Assembly: GCF_009914755.1 (NCBI RefSeq)
Contig: NC_060942.1
Strand: one strand, 5' to 3'
DNA: 64,000 nucleotides
DNA from: the human T2T-CHM13v2.0 reference genome, Homo sapiens
A program made the translations under genes and the position numbers. Position 1 is the stretch's first letter, and each line of letters starts with the position of its first letter. Below are positions 27,031 through 40,799 of the stretch, in pieces. The notes beneath the pieces were generated by a model, which saw only the letters and a program-made list of their open reading frames with translations, made no database searches and had not been told where the DNA came from.

Positions 27031-29702
27031 TTTTCCCTATGTAGAAGTTCCTTCAAAAAAAGAAAGTGGGTTGATTGCTGCGCAGAGACATTTGTGTTAT
27101 AAATTGCAAGGTAAGAGATCTATAAAAGAGAGCGAATTTAGATTAGAACAAGGAAACAAAAAGAAACCAAAGAATAATGGTTGGAGCAAACTATAAACTC
27201 AGATTCTGAGTCCAGAAGGCAGCCAGTTGTGATTTCCGGGTGTTGGATTTGAAGCGTCTTCAGTGATGATAGTAGTGTCACAGCCACGGTTACTCCCTGG
27301 AGCAGAATGTGGAAGAGGCAGGTATTCCAGTGGGCTTTCTGAGTGGCCCACACAGTGGTGGTGATTAATCTTTTGAAGTTTTATCAAGTCATCCAGCTTC
27401 AGCTTGCACAGCTTTGGGAGTATGCTTAGAATTATTTCATTGGGGAATTTTTTTTAATGTTTCCAGTTAATGACACATGTACTAAAATAGATTTATTAGA
27501 AGAAATTTGTTTAAATTTCCTTGACAAGAAACAGCTTTTGGCTTCTAATATATTCCTATTAATTGAGTTAAATCTTAAAATTCTTAGTGAACTCTATTCA
27601 TGTTGGGGACTTGTGGTGTAGGTAAACCTAAAATTATAATGATTATAAAGTTTTTTATATGGTAACATTTCATTAGTATCAGATGAGAGTGAGAGAGTAG
27701 AATTCTACAGAAATTGAAATCTAAAATGAACAGTCTTTAAGGATAGGTGTGTGGTTTTAATAATTGTAAGTAATATGAATTTAATGATGATAATGAGTAT
27801 CTGGTGTGTGTGAGGCAATAACATCAAGTTCTGTTGCATCAAGTGCTGTGGCCGTTGTGATATGAGAAGGCCTAACCACAAGGTGAGCGAATCTACAGAA
27901 GCTTCATGGAAGGAACAGCATTTGAGAAATGCCTTGAAAATTCCCGCAGGCAGACCCAGGGGAGCCACTGCAAGTGGGATGAAGAGATAAGGAAAGGCAC
28001 AGATGGTGGGAAGACTGGGGAGAGGCACTGTGGCTTCGTAAACCGAGCCTGGTGTTTGGAACTGGATATACTGGAGTTTGTTCTTTTTCTTACACTTACT
28101 AGCCAAGTACCCATAAGTGTTCCCCATCTTGGAAATGGAGAAAATATCTCCCTCACAGAACATTTGTGAGTACTCAATGGAAAAGTTTCTGGCACATAAG
28201 TACCCAATAAAGGTTACCTTGTTCCATTTTCTAAAAACAATGGGTCTTTGACTTTTTCAGGAACAAAGACTAAAAGAGAAATTCATTTAGGGACTTTTTA
28301 CAGAGATCTTTTAAAAACACATAATTATGTTATTCTTGAGCAAGGGGTAATTTGATTAAGTCAGTGAAAAGCAGAGATCATAGAGTTGTATGTTAATATA
28401 TTAGTATTAAGAAACAATGGTCCATGGTTATATTGCTTTGTTGGAAGTTATTTAGAACATTTTGCATGCTGAGCATCATGAATACTTTGTCTGAATTATT
28501 AGTGGCCTCCAAATTAATAATGGGGCTTTCCTGTGTGTTTTTGACATTAAATTAAGTTTTTCTTTGTTCTTTGTTCTGAAGTAGTAACTCAACTTCCATT
28601 CCTAATTACGTTCTGCCCAGGCTAATATGAGCACTAGTTTGTAATCTTTTGCTACCCAGTAGTGGGGCACCCTTTTTTGAAGCTGCCTAGACATGGCTAA
28701 AGACACATTTGCAGTGGGGAAAAGCTGGCAAGGCGTGACAGATGCATTCTGGTTATTATCCAGATTTATCTGTCTCTCCCAGAAAGTATGATCATCCCCT
28801 TTGCTTCCCACCTCTTCTGTGGGAAGCACTCTGCTGTGCCCACCCTTCCCGCTTTGTTACTCTTTCACTCTATCATTGTTATAATAAGGGAATGTTTTCC
28901 TAAAAGTAGAATTTTCATAAAATTTAAGTCCTGACTTACCGTCCTGGTTCCTGGACACCTGTTTTCAGTGTGATGCAGAAATTGGCCTGTGCTTCTCATA
29001 CCAAATAGAATAATCCTTTATTTAAACAGCTGTCCCATATGGACAATGTACATTACGAGACAATGGTGTTCACCATTTGGAATCCTTCTTTGTTCTTGAA
29101 TTAGAAATAAGAATCAGCAAACATTGCCATGCTATGGCAGTCTCAGCATCATTTCACAGAGTGTGTCTAAAGGAGTAGTATTTTTGGTAGCTGAAAAATA
29201 TTACATAAGTAATGCTGCATACCAGTTAGTTGTATTAAAATATATATTATGTACAGCTGTGTACTTGGCTTGAAAAGCTTCCTTGACAACATCATTTAAC
29301 TTCTTACTGTTCTTTTCATGTTGCTGGTATAAATATCTAATATGTTTTTGTTCAAAACATCAATTAGGTTTCAGTATAATCTTTATTAATACAGATCTGT
29401 TATTACAAGAAGACTGCCGAGCTATGATAATTTGCACAGCAGGAACAATAAAATATCTCCTTTCTGTTTCATTCTATTCCAGAATGCTTGGCTTTTTGTT
29501 ATTCTTTTACACAACATACTAAAACCTTTTATGATTTTTTAAAAATTATAGTTAAATCTTTAAAGCTTATATAAGCAAAAGCATTATTTTTTTCCCAAGG
29601 TGAACAAAATTGAAAGGCCAAAAATTTCAGATAGATTGAAGAAGACATATATTAGTTACAAATCTCCACTTTTAATATCTTTCATTCTTTTTCTTTATGT
29701 AG

Positions 29703-29818
29703 CCAGGACTCCTCACTTCCTGCGGATTCAGAATGTGGAAGTTAATGCTGGCCAGTTTGCTACCTTCCAGTGCAGTGCCATCGGCAGGACCGTGGCAGGA
29801 GACAGGCTCTGGTTACAG
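29703..29818 (+). CDS. PTPRM: PTPRM coding exon (probably exon 5), N-terminal half of Ig domain: (T)[38 protein letters not shown]
   Basis: Long polypyrimidine tract plus tag acceptor (29700-29702), donor CAG|gtacag; 116 bp, phase 1 to 0; peptide visible in ORF 29600..29827; matches R2B-family RPTP sequence. Confidence 0.97.
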
Positions 29819-30141
29819 GTACAGTAACTCATTTTCATCAGTTGATGAGAGTCCAGCGGGAAGAATACACTCCCCCTGGAGGAGGAACCCAGAGAAACAG
29901 ACTCAGGTCCTAGTGTAAGAGTTTCCTTCTTTGTTAATAAGTAGCCAGATTACTTAGTAATCTATAAAAGCTAATTATTTTTGTTTAAACACCTTTTGTG
30001 AATTTCTTTTTTTTTTCCTTTGCTTATGCTTAGTCATCTTGCTTGGAAGATCTGATTGTCAAATTACTTATATGGCAGTTTATTAAATTACAAAATATAG
30101 CACTCTTCTCCTAAGTCTTCCTCTTGAGAAAAATCTAAAGA

Positions 30142-30185
30142 GTCTCTTTCTCTCTCTCTCTCTCTCTTACACACATACACACCAC
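30142..30185. repeat. (TC)n/(CA)n compound microsatellite
   Basis: Read directly from the sequence. Confidence 0.9.
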
Positions 30186-30880
30186 AGAACACTTCATAGG
30201 CCTTTTTGTCATTTGAATTTCCAAGCTGTAAGCTTAAACTTAGAAATTAATAATACATATTTTACTTTTGAGCTTTTAAATTATATTTCTTTGGTGTAGT
30301 GATCAATTGTGTGACTTGTTTTGTAATTATTCAAATTCCACCATATGTGTTTTGCATGGCAGAGGGTTGCGTGGATACATCCATGCTCTCAGGAATCCTG
30401 ACAGAATGAGTGGGAGTAAATTGCCTGTCCCTTCTAACCAGAATGCCACCCACTTCTTTAAGCTCTAGGTTTGGGGTTTGCCCTGCCTTGGTATTCTCCA
30501 GTTGCATTCTTGTTTCTTTCTTTTAAGCATTAATCTGGAGGCTGCTCATTTTTCATCTTGAGTGGTGTTGATTTTTTGTCCTTATCTTTCCGTGTTTTGT
30601 GTGGGTGTGGGTTTTTTTTTTTAAAGTATTATCTATTTATTTTTAGTTTGCTACTGAGTTGAACTGTCCTTCGGGTTTTAACCCTTCTGTGTACGCGGTT
30701 GTGCTCCACACTGGCTTCCGCTCCATCATGTGTGCTGGCCTTGTCTCTGCACGTGCCATCTCTCCACCTCCTGTCATGCCTCGCAGTGTAATTATGATTG
30801 TGATTGGAGACTCCGTGTGACACTCTGTAATTTTTAAATCCTTCATTCCTTTTAATCACTGCAATGTAAATCTGTAGTCA

Positions 30881-31176
30881 TTTGTTTTGTTTTGTGTTTG
30901 TCTTAGAGACAGGGTTTCTCTCTGTTGCCCAGGATGCGGTAGAGTGGTACCATCTCACTCAACCTCCTGGGATCAAGTGATCCTCCTGCCTCAGCCTCCC
31001 AAGTAGCTGGTACAACAGGCACATGCCACCATGCTTGAGTAATTATTTTGTCATTTTTATAGGGATGGATTCTCCCTTGTTGCCCAGTCTGGTCTCAAAC
31101 TCCTAGCCTCAAGTGATCCTCCTGCCTTGGCCTCCTAAAGTGCTGGGATTACAGGTGTGAGCCACTGCACCCAGCC
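30881..31176 (-). mobile_element. AluJ
   Basis: Diverged Alu with tcaagtgatcctcctgcc in both arms. Confidence 0.92.
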
Positions 31177-31790
31177 CAGTAGTATTTTTATTCTTCTCTT
31201 TCTGGGGAAAATGGGAGACATTTGAGTGTATGTCCCAAGATTAATCAGCAATGCATTGTCAGATGGGAAATGCATTCTGGAGAGGCTTCTTGTTGTTTTC
31301 TCTGCCAGGATGTTCCACCCCTCTGCCCAGTGTCACTCTGTTTTTTCATACCCTACTGTCCCTTTTAGAGACTTTGCTGGCCAGGAAGTGTATGCAGAGG
31401 ATTATATTGTATATTCCAAGTTCATCTTTACTTTCTTCTTTGTCTGTAAAAGTTTTGTAACTGCTAACTTAAGAGTTTTTTGCCGCTTGTGAAAACTGTC
31501 CTCCGTATTCAAATTTTTTTTCTCTTTTTAACCTACATCCCAATTGTTTTAAACTCTTGATGTTAAAATTCAGAATTGTTTTCTCAGATAATGGCTATTT
31601 GGTATTAAACACAATCAAGATTGGCCATCTGTGGTAATTAATGATGAGACAAACATCTTCTATTGACATTTTCCACAGAGTATTAAGCACCTTTTAAAAA
31701 TGAAACTATTTGTTCCTTTGATTTATCTCTAGAAATCTTAATTATTTGTGGAAAAATACGTTTTGCTCCTAATATTTATGATATTACTTG

Positions 31791-31855
31791 AGAGAATACA
31801 ATATAAATACTATATTAAGTCTAGAGAATACAATATAAATACTATATTAAGTCTA
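31791..31855. repeat. Perfect tandem duplication, 32-bp period
   Basis: agagaatacaatataaatactatattaagtct at 31791 and 31823. Confidence 0.97.
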
Positions 31856-32194
31856 AGCTCTCGCCTTAACAGAGTCATCTTAGATATTCCCAAGAATTTA
31901 AGGTTTGTTGAGGACATGATTTGCTCTTTTTATTTTTGCAAACGTCCTGGACTTGGTGTGCTCCTGCTTAAACTTGAGCACTTATTTGGGTTGGGAATCT
32001 TTCACTACTTCCTACACTTCCAGGAACTTTGTTTTAGAGATAATTTGTCATGTGGTATGGAGAAAGCTACTTACAGTTTTGGGGTTTGAAAAACAAAGGG
32101 TCTAAATGCAAAGTTATCAGCCCTGACTCTACTATAGAACAACTTGGAAGGGTTTTGTTTTGTTTTGGTTTGTTTTTTTTCACAAATGTCTTGT

Positions 32195-32302
32195 CTATTT
32201 CCAGATTCTCATTTAGTTGGTCTAGGGTGGGGCCCAGCGTGCAATGTTTTATTAAAGACTCTCCAAGTGATTCCAGTGTGCACCCAGGGTTGGAAATTAC
32301 TA
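32195..32302 (+). mobile_element. MER5-type (hAT-Charlie) fragment
   Basis: ccagattctcatttagttggtctagggtggggccca...ccaagtgattccagtgtgcacccagggttggaaattact. Confidence 0.65.
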
Positions 32303-33117
32303 GTGTGAAGCAAAATACAACACACATTCTAAATCAGGAAAGAAAGAAGGCAGACATAACATATAACTGGTACCTGTATTCAGTTGCCTCAGTTTGACCC
32401 CAACGTTTAATTTTCCATGTACTGATCTTTGAATTTTTTCTCATTAGATTTGAATGATGGTGTTGGTAGTTGTTTTCACAGTCGGTCCCTTAATGCCTTT
32501 CTTTTTCTCTTGCTGAGTCTTTTCTGACCCCTCTTGTCTTCAGTGACCATTTATTGCCCTGCAGCTTTCTACACTGCGCTGTCAAGAAGGAGATGACACA
32601 GATAGAACTGTTGTGACTTTGAGCTTTTTACTGAAACTTACTTTATCCTGGAATCAGGACACTATTTGGTTAGTGAATCTTTGTGATGTTAGAATAATTT
32701 TACTGTTAAATAGTTTATTTTCCCTGGTTGGGTAGGCATTTTGTGGGGAAATATTTATTTTATTAATAGCTTATGAAATAAGACCCGTGTCCTTCACCTG
32801 CAAGGGTGGTTTTTATTAATCTATATGTGTACAAAGCAGTTTCCAGTAGTGATGAAGGTTTTCAGCAGATGCTGGTTTTGCACAGCCCTTCCTGCCCTCT
32901 TGCCCAGGACCCCTCACTCCCCCTTGAACATTTTCTCAGTCCATTCTTTAGAGGTCGTGAAGACATGTAAACCTTTCGTCATGGACCAGGTCTTTCTAAT
33001 CTAGAGTTGTAATACACTAACACCTGTCTGCGTGTAAACTCATTTGGGTCCTCAAAATAATCCTGAGATCCAGGCAGAAAATTGAAGAAAAGAACTTATT
33101 TTTAGTTTTTTCTGTGA

Positions 33118-33504
<387 letters not shown>

Positions 33505-34558
33505 TATTTACAATAATTTTTACTACTTGTGTTGCAGTCTTTTGAGGCCCACAATAGGTATTCTGCACAAAGTTTCATGGTTGTATCCCATGGTAGTTTA
33601 TCTGTTTTGTAGGAGAGGAGTTGGAAGTTTAGGATTGTCCTGGGTCACAAAGAAAAATGACATAGCTGGCAATAATACAACTCTGTTTATTTACTTTTAT
33701 TTCACCTTTAAGTAATTCCACTCTACTATACCGTCTTGTTGAATTTGGAAGGTAGATGAATAGGCATTATGCACTTACGCTTTGATAGAAGAATTTGGGT
33801 GTGACCAATATTACATCGTTAATATCAAGGTGCCATCCTGACCGTGGAAAATAATGCTTATATGTATTACATGTCATATTGATCCATACCTGTGAAAATG
33901 GCCAAGGTTTTGATTTTTTTAAATATAGATTAAATATAACCCTTGTCAGAGTCTTTCACAATAACGTAACGTAAATAAATCTGATGATGACACTAATGAA
34001 GAAATGTTTATGATTAACAGATGTGTCCCATCTGTTTATATTTTCTTAGTCTCATCTGTGGACCACACAGGTTATGTTGCCAAGTGGGATTGTTTTCTCT
34101 AGAACACTGAACAATAGAATAAGACCCAGTGTGTGAGCGCATCCATTGTTACAGCTACAAAATACTTTAAAAAATTTTCCAGACAGTAGGAAGACAACAT
34201 CTGTAGAACTCTTTTCTTGTATCGAAAAACCTATATGCAATGCAGTTCTTGAAGATACTTGTGATATGTTATCGGATATGGCAATCTATTCATATAAACA
34301 TGGACTGCAACAGTGTGAGATACTAAAATTAAGTGTATTTATGGAAATCATTCAAGCACCCAAAATATTACTGTAATTTTTTGCTATCAACTTTCCGATC
34401 ACTTTTTGAGCCCACATTTTGAAAATATCTCAGAGTCTGTATACATATACTGTGTGTATGTGTGTGTATATATATATAACACTGAAAAGAGAAAATGGAA
34501 TTTGAGATTTTCTTTTTATACTTTCTGTACACTTTTATACTTTTGAAAGTACTTTCTT

Positions 34559-34839
34559 GGCTGGGTGCAGTGGCTCACGCCTGTAATCCCAGCACTTTGA
34601 GAGGGCGAGGTGGGTGGATCATGAGATCAGATCGAGACCATCCTGGCCAACACTGTGAAACCCTGTCTCTACTGAAAATACAAAATTTAGCTGGGTGTGG
34701 TGGCACGTGCCTGTAGTTCCAGCTACTCAGGAGGCTGAGGCAGGAGAATCACTTGAACCCGGAAGGCGGAGGTTGCAGTGAGCCGAGGTCGTGCCACTGC
34801 ACTCCGTCTCAAAAAAAATAAATAAAAATAAATAAATAA
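34559..34839 (+). mobile_element. AluS (Sc-like) with right-arm deletion
   Basis: Alu sequence ending gccactgcactccgtctc-(A-rich tail). Confidence 0.93.
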
Positions 34840-35994
34840 TTTTTGTTTGCTGATGGGAAACTTCTGATGTTGTATATTTTTTATGTAGTCACTGACCTTT
34901 AAGCTATGTATGGTTGTATTAAAACCTTTATTGTTCTTTCTTCAGTATTCCAAATATTATTTGCCTATATTTGCTTGTTTCTCTCAGGACTTTCTATTTA
35001 TAATACTTTCCAGTAAATGAAGGTGACAACCAAAGCTAGCTAGTGTTTATGTACCTATAGATGACTCATGCACGTGCAGTTACAAGACCTGTGGCATGGG
35101 GGCCACTGCCTTTCTCTTCCCCTGCCTGGGGTCCCATTTTGGTGTTTTTGTAACTTCTGCTCTTTAATTCATTTCTTGTAATCGTTGTAGAGGTTCCTGC
35201 ATTCCTTACTCCTGTTAGCAACCACATCACATTCAGAGTGGGTGGGAAATACAAAGGTTCTGCCTCCAGGACAAAGAGCAGAAGACGGAGGTGGGGAGGA
35301 GCGATGTCTTTTCAACAAAGGATGAACAGATCTTTGATCAGGCTAGGGGTTGAGGTGTGCATGTTGAGTGAATAGCAGTTGGCAGTGGAAACCTGGAAAA
35401 TAACCCCTTTCTCTTCACAGTCATTAGAGGTCCATACCATTTTTAAATATCTTACTTTTTAAAATTACACAATTATGTAACCTCTGAATTTGGAGCAATC
35501 TTCAAATTAAATTCCTAATTTTATTGACGAGAAAACAGAAGCCCAGAAAATGTAGGAAACTTTAGTGCAGCTGTATATCCTGTTTTTATGTTTATTATAG
35601 GTAACTCCATTTTATTATTGAAAGTCAGTTTTATATGTCTAATATTTTTATGTCTGTATATATATGTACATGTTTATACTTACGTATAAGTATTGTTATT
35701 TATTTACAAATGCATGAATTTTTTCTCTTGGACATTTTTCTTCACTGAGTGATCTTGCATCTCAAATATTAGCCTTTTAACCTGATAGTCTCAGATTTAC
35801 TGTGATTTACCTGTGTTAAATTTAGAACCTTAAAATCCATCATAGCACAATATAATTGAGAGTTTTACTGTTTTGCAAGCAGAGTTTGGCATTTATTATA
35901 AGTAATGCACCAGAATAGCCTTTTAAAATGATTCCATAATATGCATTAGTTTATACAAATAGAAAAGGAAATCAGATGATGTTACTGTAAAGTA

Positions 35995-36697
35995 CAGTAG
36001 TCCCCTCTTATCCGAGATTTTCACGTTCCATGGTTTCTGTTACCTGTGGTCGATGAAAATGTGGTCCGAAAATGTCAAATGGAAAATTCCAGGAATAAAC
36101 AATTCATAAGTTTTAAATTGTGCACCATTCTGAGGAGCACAATGAAAAGTTATTCTGGCCCACCCTGTCCCACTGAGGACATGAATCATCCCTTTGTCCA
36201 ACAAATCCCACCACCTACCCAGTAGTTACTAAGGAGGTGTCTTGGTTATCAGATAGGCTGTCTCAGGATCACAGTGCTTATGTTTAAGTCACCCTTACTT
36301 TACTTAACCATTGCCCCAAAGCACAGGAGTAGTGATGATGGCAATTTGGATATGGCCAAAGAGAAGGCATAAAGTGTGCTTCCTTCAAGTGAAAAGGTGA
36401 AAGTGCTCAACCTAATAAGGAAAGAAAAAAATTGTATGCACTGCTTGCTAAGATCTACAGTAAGAAAGAATCTTCTATACTTCAAATTGTGAAGAAGGAA
36501 AAAGAAATTCATTCTAGTTTTGCTGTTGTACCTCACACTGCAAAAGTTTACAGCCACAGTGCATGGTAAGTGCTTAGTTAAGATATACAAGGAGGCATTA
36601 AGTTTGTGTGTGCAAGACATGACAGAAGCTATCCATGGTTTCAGGCATCCACTAGGTGTCTTGAAATGTATCTCCCATGGAACAGGGGGGACTGCTA
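35995..36697 (+). mobile_element. MER44-family (Tigger7-derived) MITE
   Basis: TIRs cagtagtcccctcttatcc ... ggaacaggggggactgcta flanked by TA. Confidence 0.85.
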
Positions 36698-37759
36698 TAC
36701 TGTTAAAAACACTGGTACAACCGAGCACCTAGACTAGTGCTTGTCACATAGCAAAATGCTCAGTGAATACCTACTAATGCATGGGGCTTACTGGCTACCC
36801 AAACAAATCGTGTAGCTCCTTCAGGTGAGCATCAAAAGTAGATTTGTAGTTAGAGCAGGAAAACAAGCACAGAGGAAATCGTTTCTCTCTGGGATGATTG
36901 CTTTAGGCCTGCAGTTCCTGTTCAGAGGATGGTCTTTGATGAGAGGAGCAATTCATAGAATGTAGTGGTGCCTCTGCTGCTTCAGGCTATATAGCAAATA
37001 TCATGCAGAGTTACAAAAACTGATTAATAAAAACAGGCATATGTTGGAGTAATTTTAGAAGCAAATATGGTCAATATATCATCTTTCCTAAATCTTCATT
37101 TCTTGTACCCTTTGCCTAGGTTTTCTTATTCTGTCATGAAACTTCTGTCCTAATTCTTCCTGTAAAAACTTTCTTGCCGTGGCATCCACATTAAACGTTA
37201 TAGACATACACCTTTATTTTTTTCCATGATCCCCATGAACATAAGAAATATACCTTTAATAAGGATATTCCACTTGAGTTTGCACAATGGCAACACCTGT
37301 GTCATAGTAATAGATGAATTAAACCTACGCCATCCACCTTTTGTAAAGAATGTAATTCCATTTGAGCTCTTCCTTTGAGGAGTTTAATTTTCTTAAAAAA
37401 ACTTACTTAGAGTTAACAGTTTTTCAGCTGTTGGCCTAGAGATTGATATATTTTTTTTCTTTTGAGAGTTTGACATATAATTCCACCAAGCTGGGTATGA
37501 GCTACGCAATCGTGAAAAAAGTATGTTTCTCCAGTCTAATAAATTGCTCACATTTTGTTTTTGAGCTCAGATAATTTTAAAACTTTTTCTGAGAGAAAAG
37601 AGGGAAACCTTGAGATTTTTATAACCTACAACGATTTTAATGGGAACAGTTTCACTGATCTACCATAGAATTTGGCTTTTGAATGAATAAATTAAAAATT
37701 ATATGAATAGTGTTTATATTACTGACTTCAGCAGGTGTGTTTGAAATAAAGTAATTGCA

Positions 37760-37950
37760 GCTACATTTACTGAACACTGCTATGTGCTAGTTACTCTGGT
37801 AGGTGATGTTCAGGCATTTTTTTCATTGATCCCTACAAGAATTTTATTATACGTCCATTTATAGAAGAAGCGGCTGAGGCTTCTTCTTTAATGACTTTTC
37901 CAATGGTGCATTGCTAATCACAAGAGCTCGGATTTGAACCCAGGCCGTCT
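37760..37950 (-). mobile_element. MIR fragment
   Basis: catttactgaacactgctatgtgctag...ccatttatagaagaagcggctgaggc...ggatttgaacccaggc. Confidence 0.65.
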
Positions 37951-38787
37951 ATGTTGTATCGTAACCATAATGCATGTTTGGTACTGCAGAAAAAGACATA
38001 GATAGTTCCTCATGAATTCATAAGTATCATGTAATTTAAATGATAGCATTGATCAGAATGTACAATTAAAGTTGTTTTTGTATGTATGCGATGTTGCCTT
38101 GGCTTTCGTGTTATGGATATATGCTTTTGGTCAACCTTTCTAGGTGGCTTTTAGTTTCATTTGTTGATTATAAGGAAAAAAATCACAACTGTATTTCAGA
38201 ACAATTTTGTTATTATGTATAAAAGCCACAAAATGATATGAAAAGAAGTAAAATTATGGTTCCCTTCACAAGCTTAACTTGGGTATTTTATGCCATATAT
38301 ATTAAAGCAGAAATTTAACATCACTTAGCATTCCAGAAAATACTAGAAATGCATAAAGGAGGACTGTCTTTAGTTGCTATGGGAACCATTTGCTCTAAAA
38401 AATTTTGAGTACTTAAAATCACATCCATTATTGTTTTAGTCAGTTAAATATCTATATCTATATTTATATAATATACTGAACAATCAGACTGAAGCTACTG
38501 AAAACCTTTAGGCGTATACCTTATGTTTTAACTTAATATGATTTTGGATTACCTTTATTTAAAAATAAACATTTCTTTTATATTGATGAAACAGTATAAC
38601 ATGTCTAGGGATACTCTAGAAGAAATTAATTAATAATTTTTCCTTTGTGATATTATCTAACTCAGCCAAAAAAAGATGTAAGCAACAGGTGCTGTAGGAT
38701 GTGGCAGGAACAGGTAGGGCAGTAGAGAGCCCCTTCCTCCATAGCAACCTTGAGGTCTCCTGGCCTCGACTTGAAATTGGACTTTTT

Positions 38788-38984
38788 ATTTTTATTTTTT
38801 TCTTTCCAGCTTTTATTTTAGGTCAGAGGGTACACATGCAGGTTTGTTACATGGGTAGATTTTGTGTTGCTGGGGTTTGGTGTACAAGTGGTTTTGTCAC
38901 CCAGGTGGCGAACATAATACCTGTTAGGTAGTTTTTTGACCCTCACCTTCCTCCCACCCTCCACCCTAAAGTAGACCCTGTGTC
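38788..38984 (-). mobile_element. 5'-truncated primate L1 (L1PA-type) 3' end, ~200 bp
   Basis: gggtacacatgcaggtttgttacatgggta; TSD tgaaattgg(a/g)ctttt at 38772-38786 and 38985-38999. Confidence 0.9.
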
Positions 38985-39189
38985 TGAAATTGGGCTTTTA
39001 AAACTACTGGTCAGGTTGTGTCAGTCTGGAGGGCAGAAGAGAAGGAAGGGCATCACCACTAATCTTAAGGTCTGCTTCCTTTGGCCCTACAAACCATACA
39101 TTCTGGGAAAGCCTTCTTTCTTCTTTTATTATATTCAGCGGAAGGTTCACTTGCTCTTCTTGCTTCCAAGTATCCGAGGCTATCCCATG

Positions 39190-40793
39190 AGAAAGGAAGA
39201 CAGAGATGGCCATGGTTGGGGCTGCCTGCTTCATGGGGCTGGCGGGAACTGGGAACAGGTAGAAGCCCCACCCACTGCTGAGCTGGCAGGGCAGGAACCT
39301 CATGCTCCCTGAGCACAGCTGCGGCTGCCCAGCCATGGCTGCAGACCCAGCATCCCTGTGCTCTTAGAGGCTGGGAGCAGGCAGGAGCCCTGCCCTCCCA
39401 GGTGCAGCTGCAGCTACCCAGCCACGGCTGTGGACCTGGGCATCTTTGCACTCTCAGGGACCCAGGAAGACACCCCTGCACCTGCAGGCTTCGAAGTACC
39501 TGCTTCCACTGCCTGGCCTCTCCCTGTTCCCAGTGCCCGCTTCAATCTTGGAGCAAAGTTGAGGCTAAACCCAGGTGCTGTCGCAACCCAGCCAGGTGTG
39601 TGTGCACCCAGGGCAGCACTTACATGCCAGCCCCCTGCCGCCTCAGCCCCTTCCTGACTTTAGGCACTGACAAGCATGGGAGGAAGGCTGAGGGGGTGTT
39701 GAGGGCAGTTTGGCACTGGCCTGCAGGTGCCCCTCAGCATGAACAGCCTGAGTACCATGAACAGGAGGCAGACAGGCTCCAGGGCAGATGGGGGAGTTCC
39801 CCGGTGAAGTCCCACCTTCAAGCCAAGGAAGGCCTGAAGCCTGGGAGCTGTCAGTCCTGCAGTTCGGGAGTGGGAAATTATCGTGCTTTTTTGATGCCCA
39901 CCCATGGCCACCCATGAACCTGTCAGCACACACTTCCTCCCCTCTGAAGCCCATGAAATCCATGGACTCAGCCAGACTCGAGCACTCAGGCCGACCTGCC
40001 TGGAGAGAGAAGCTGCCCACTCCAGGGTCTCCTCTCTGCTGAGAGCTGAGCACTTGACTGGATGACCTGCCTGCATACAGGAGCTACCCACTCAAGGGTC
40101 TCCTCTCTGCTGAGTGCTAAACACTTGTTGGGACACCCTCACTGTGGAGCAAAGCTGACCACTATGGGTTTCCTTTGCGCTATTCTGTCATTCAGTAAAG
40201 CTCCTGTTCACCTTACTCACCCTCCACTTGTCTGCATACCTCATTCTTCCTAGACACAGGACAAGAACTCGGGACCCACCAAATGGCAGGGCTGCAAGGG
40301 CTATAACACAAGCAGGGCTGAAACATGCTCCTTGCTCACCACGTTGTGGGTGACAAGAAAGAAGGAGAGAAGACCTACAGCCCTTCAGGGAGCCCAGACC
40401 TAGAAGCTCCCCGAGCCAGGGCTGTGACACCCTCTTCGTGGCTCTGCAGTTCCTGGTGTCTGAAGTTTCTGGGTGCCACCACGTTCCCCATTGCCAGCCT
40501 TGGAAGCTGCTTGCAGGGAGCTGGTGCCCATGCCGGCACCTGGAGCTGCCCATCCCACCACAGCCAGTGTGCCTGGCTGTGCTCAGTGGCCAGATCCCAT
40601 GCTCGCTCACTCACACACCCGTCACCTCTCCCAACTCGCCCTTGGCAGGCATGGAATCCAGGCCGGTAGTGTCAGCCGAGCGCAGCCTGCCAAGCCAAGT
40701 GGGCCCGCTGGGCCCGAGCAAAACTCAGGTAAAGGTGCCACTGGCCACAGAGGTTTCTGGCTGGCGAAGCAACACCCCAAGGATCCCATAACA
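39190..40793 (+). mobile_element. MER52 (MER52D-like) ERV1 LTR, GC-rich
   Basis: GC-rich 1.6-kb block ending ...acaccccaaggatcccataaca; accounts for the cluster of spurious long ORFs on both strands; 5' boundary uncertain. Confidence 0.8.
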
Positions 40794-40799
40794 TTATCA

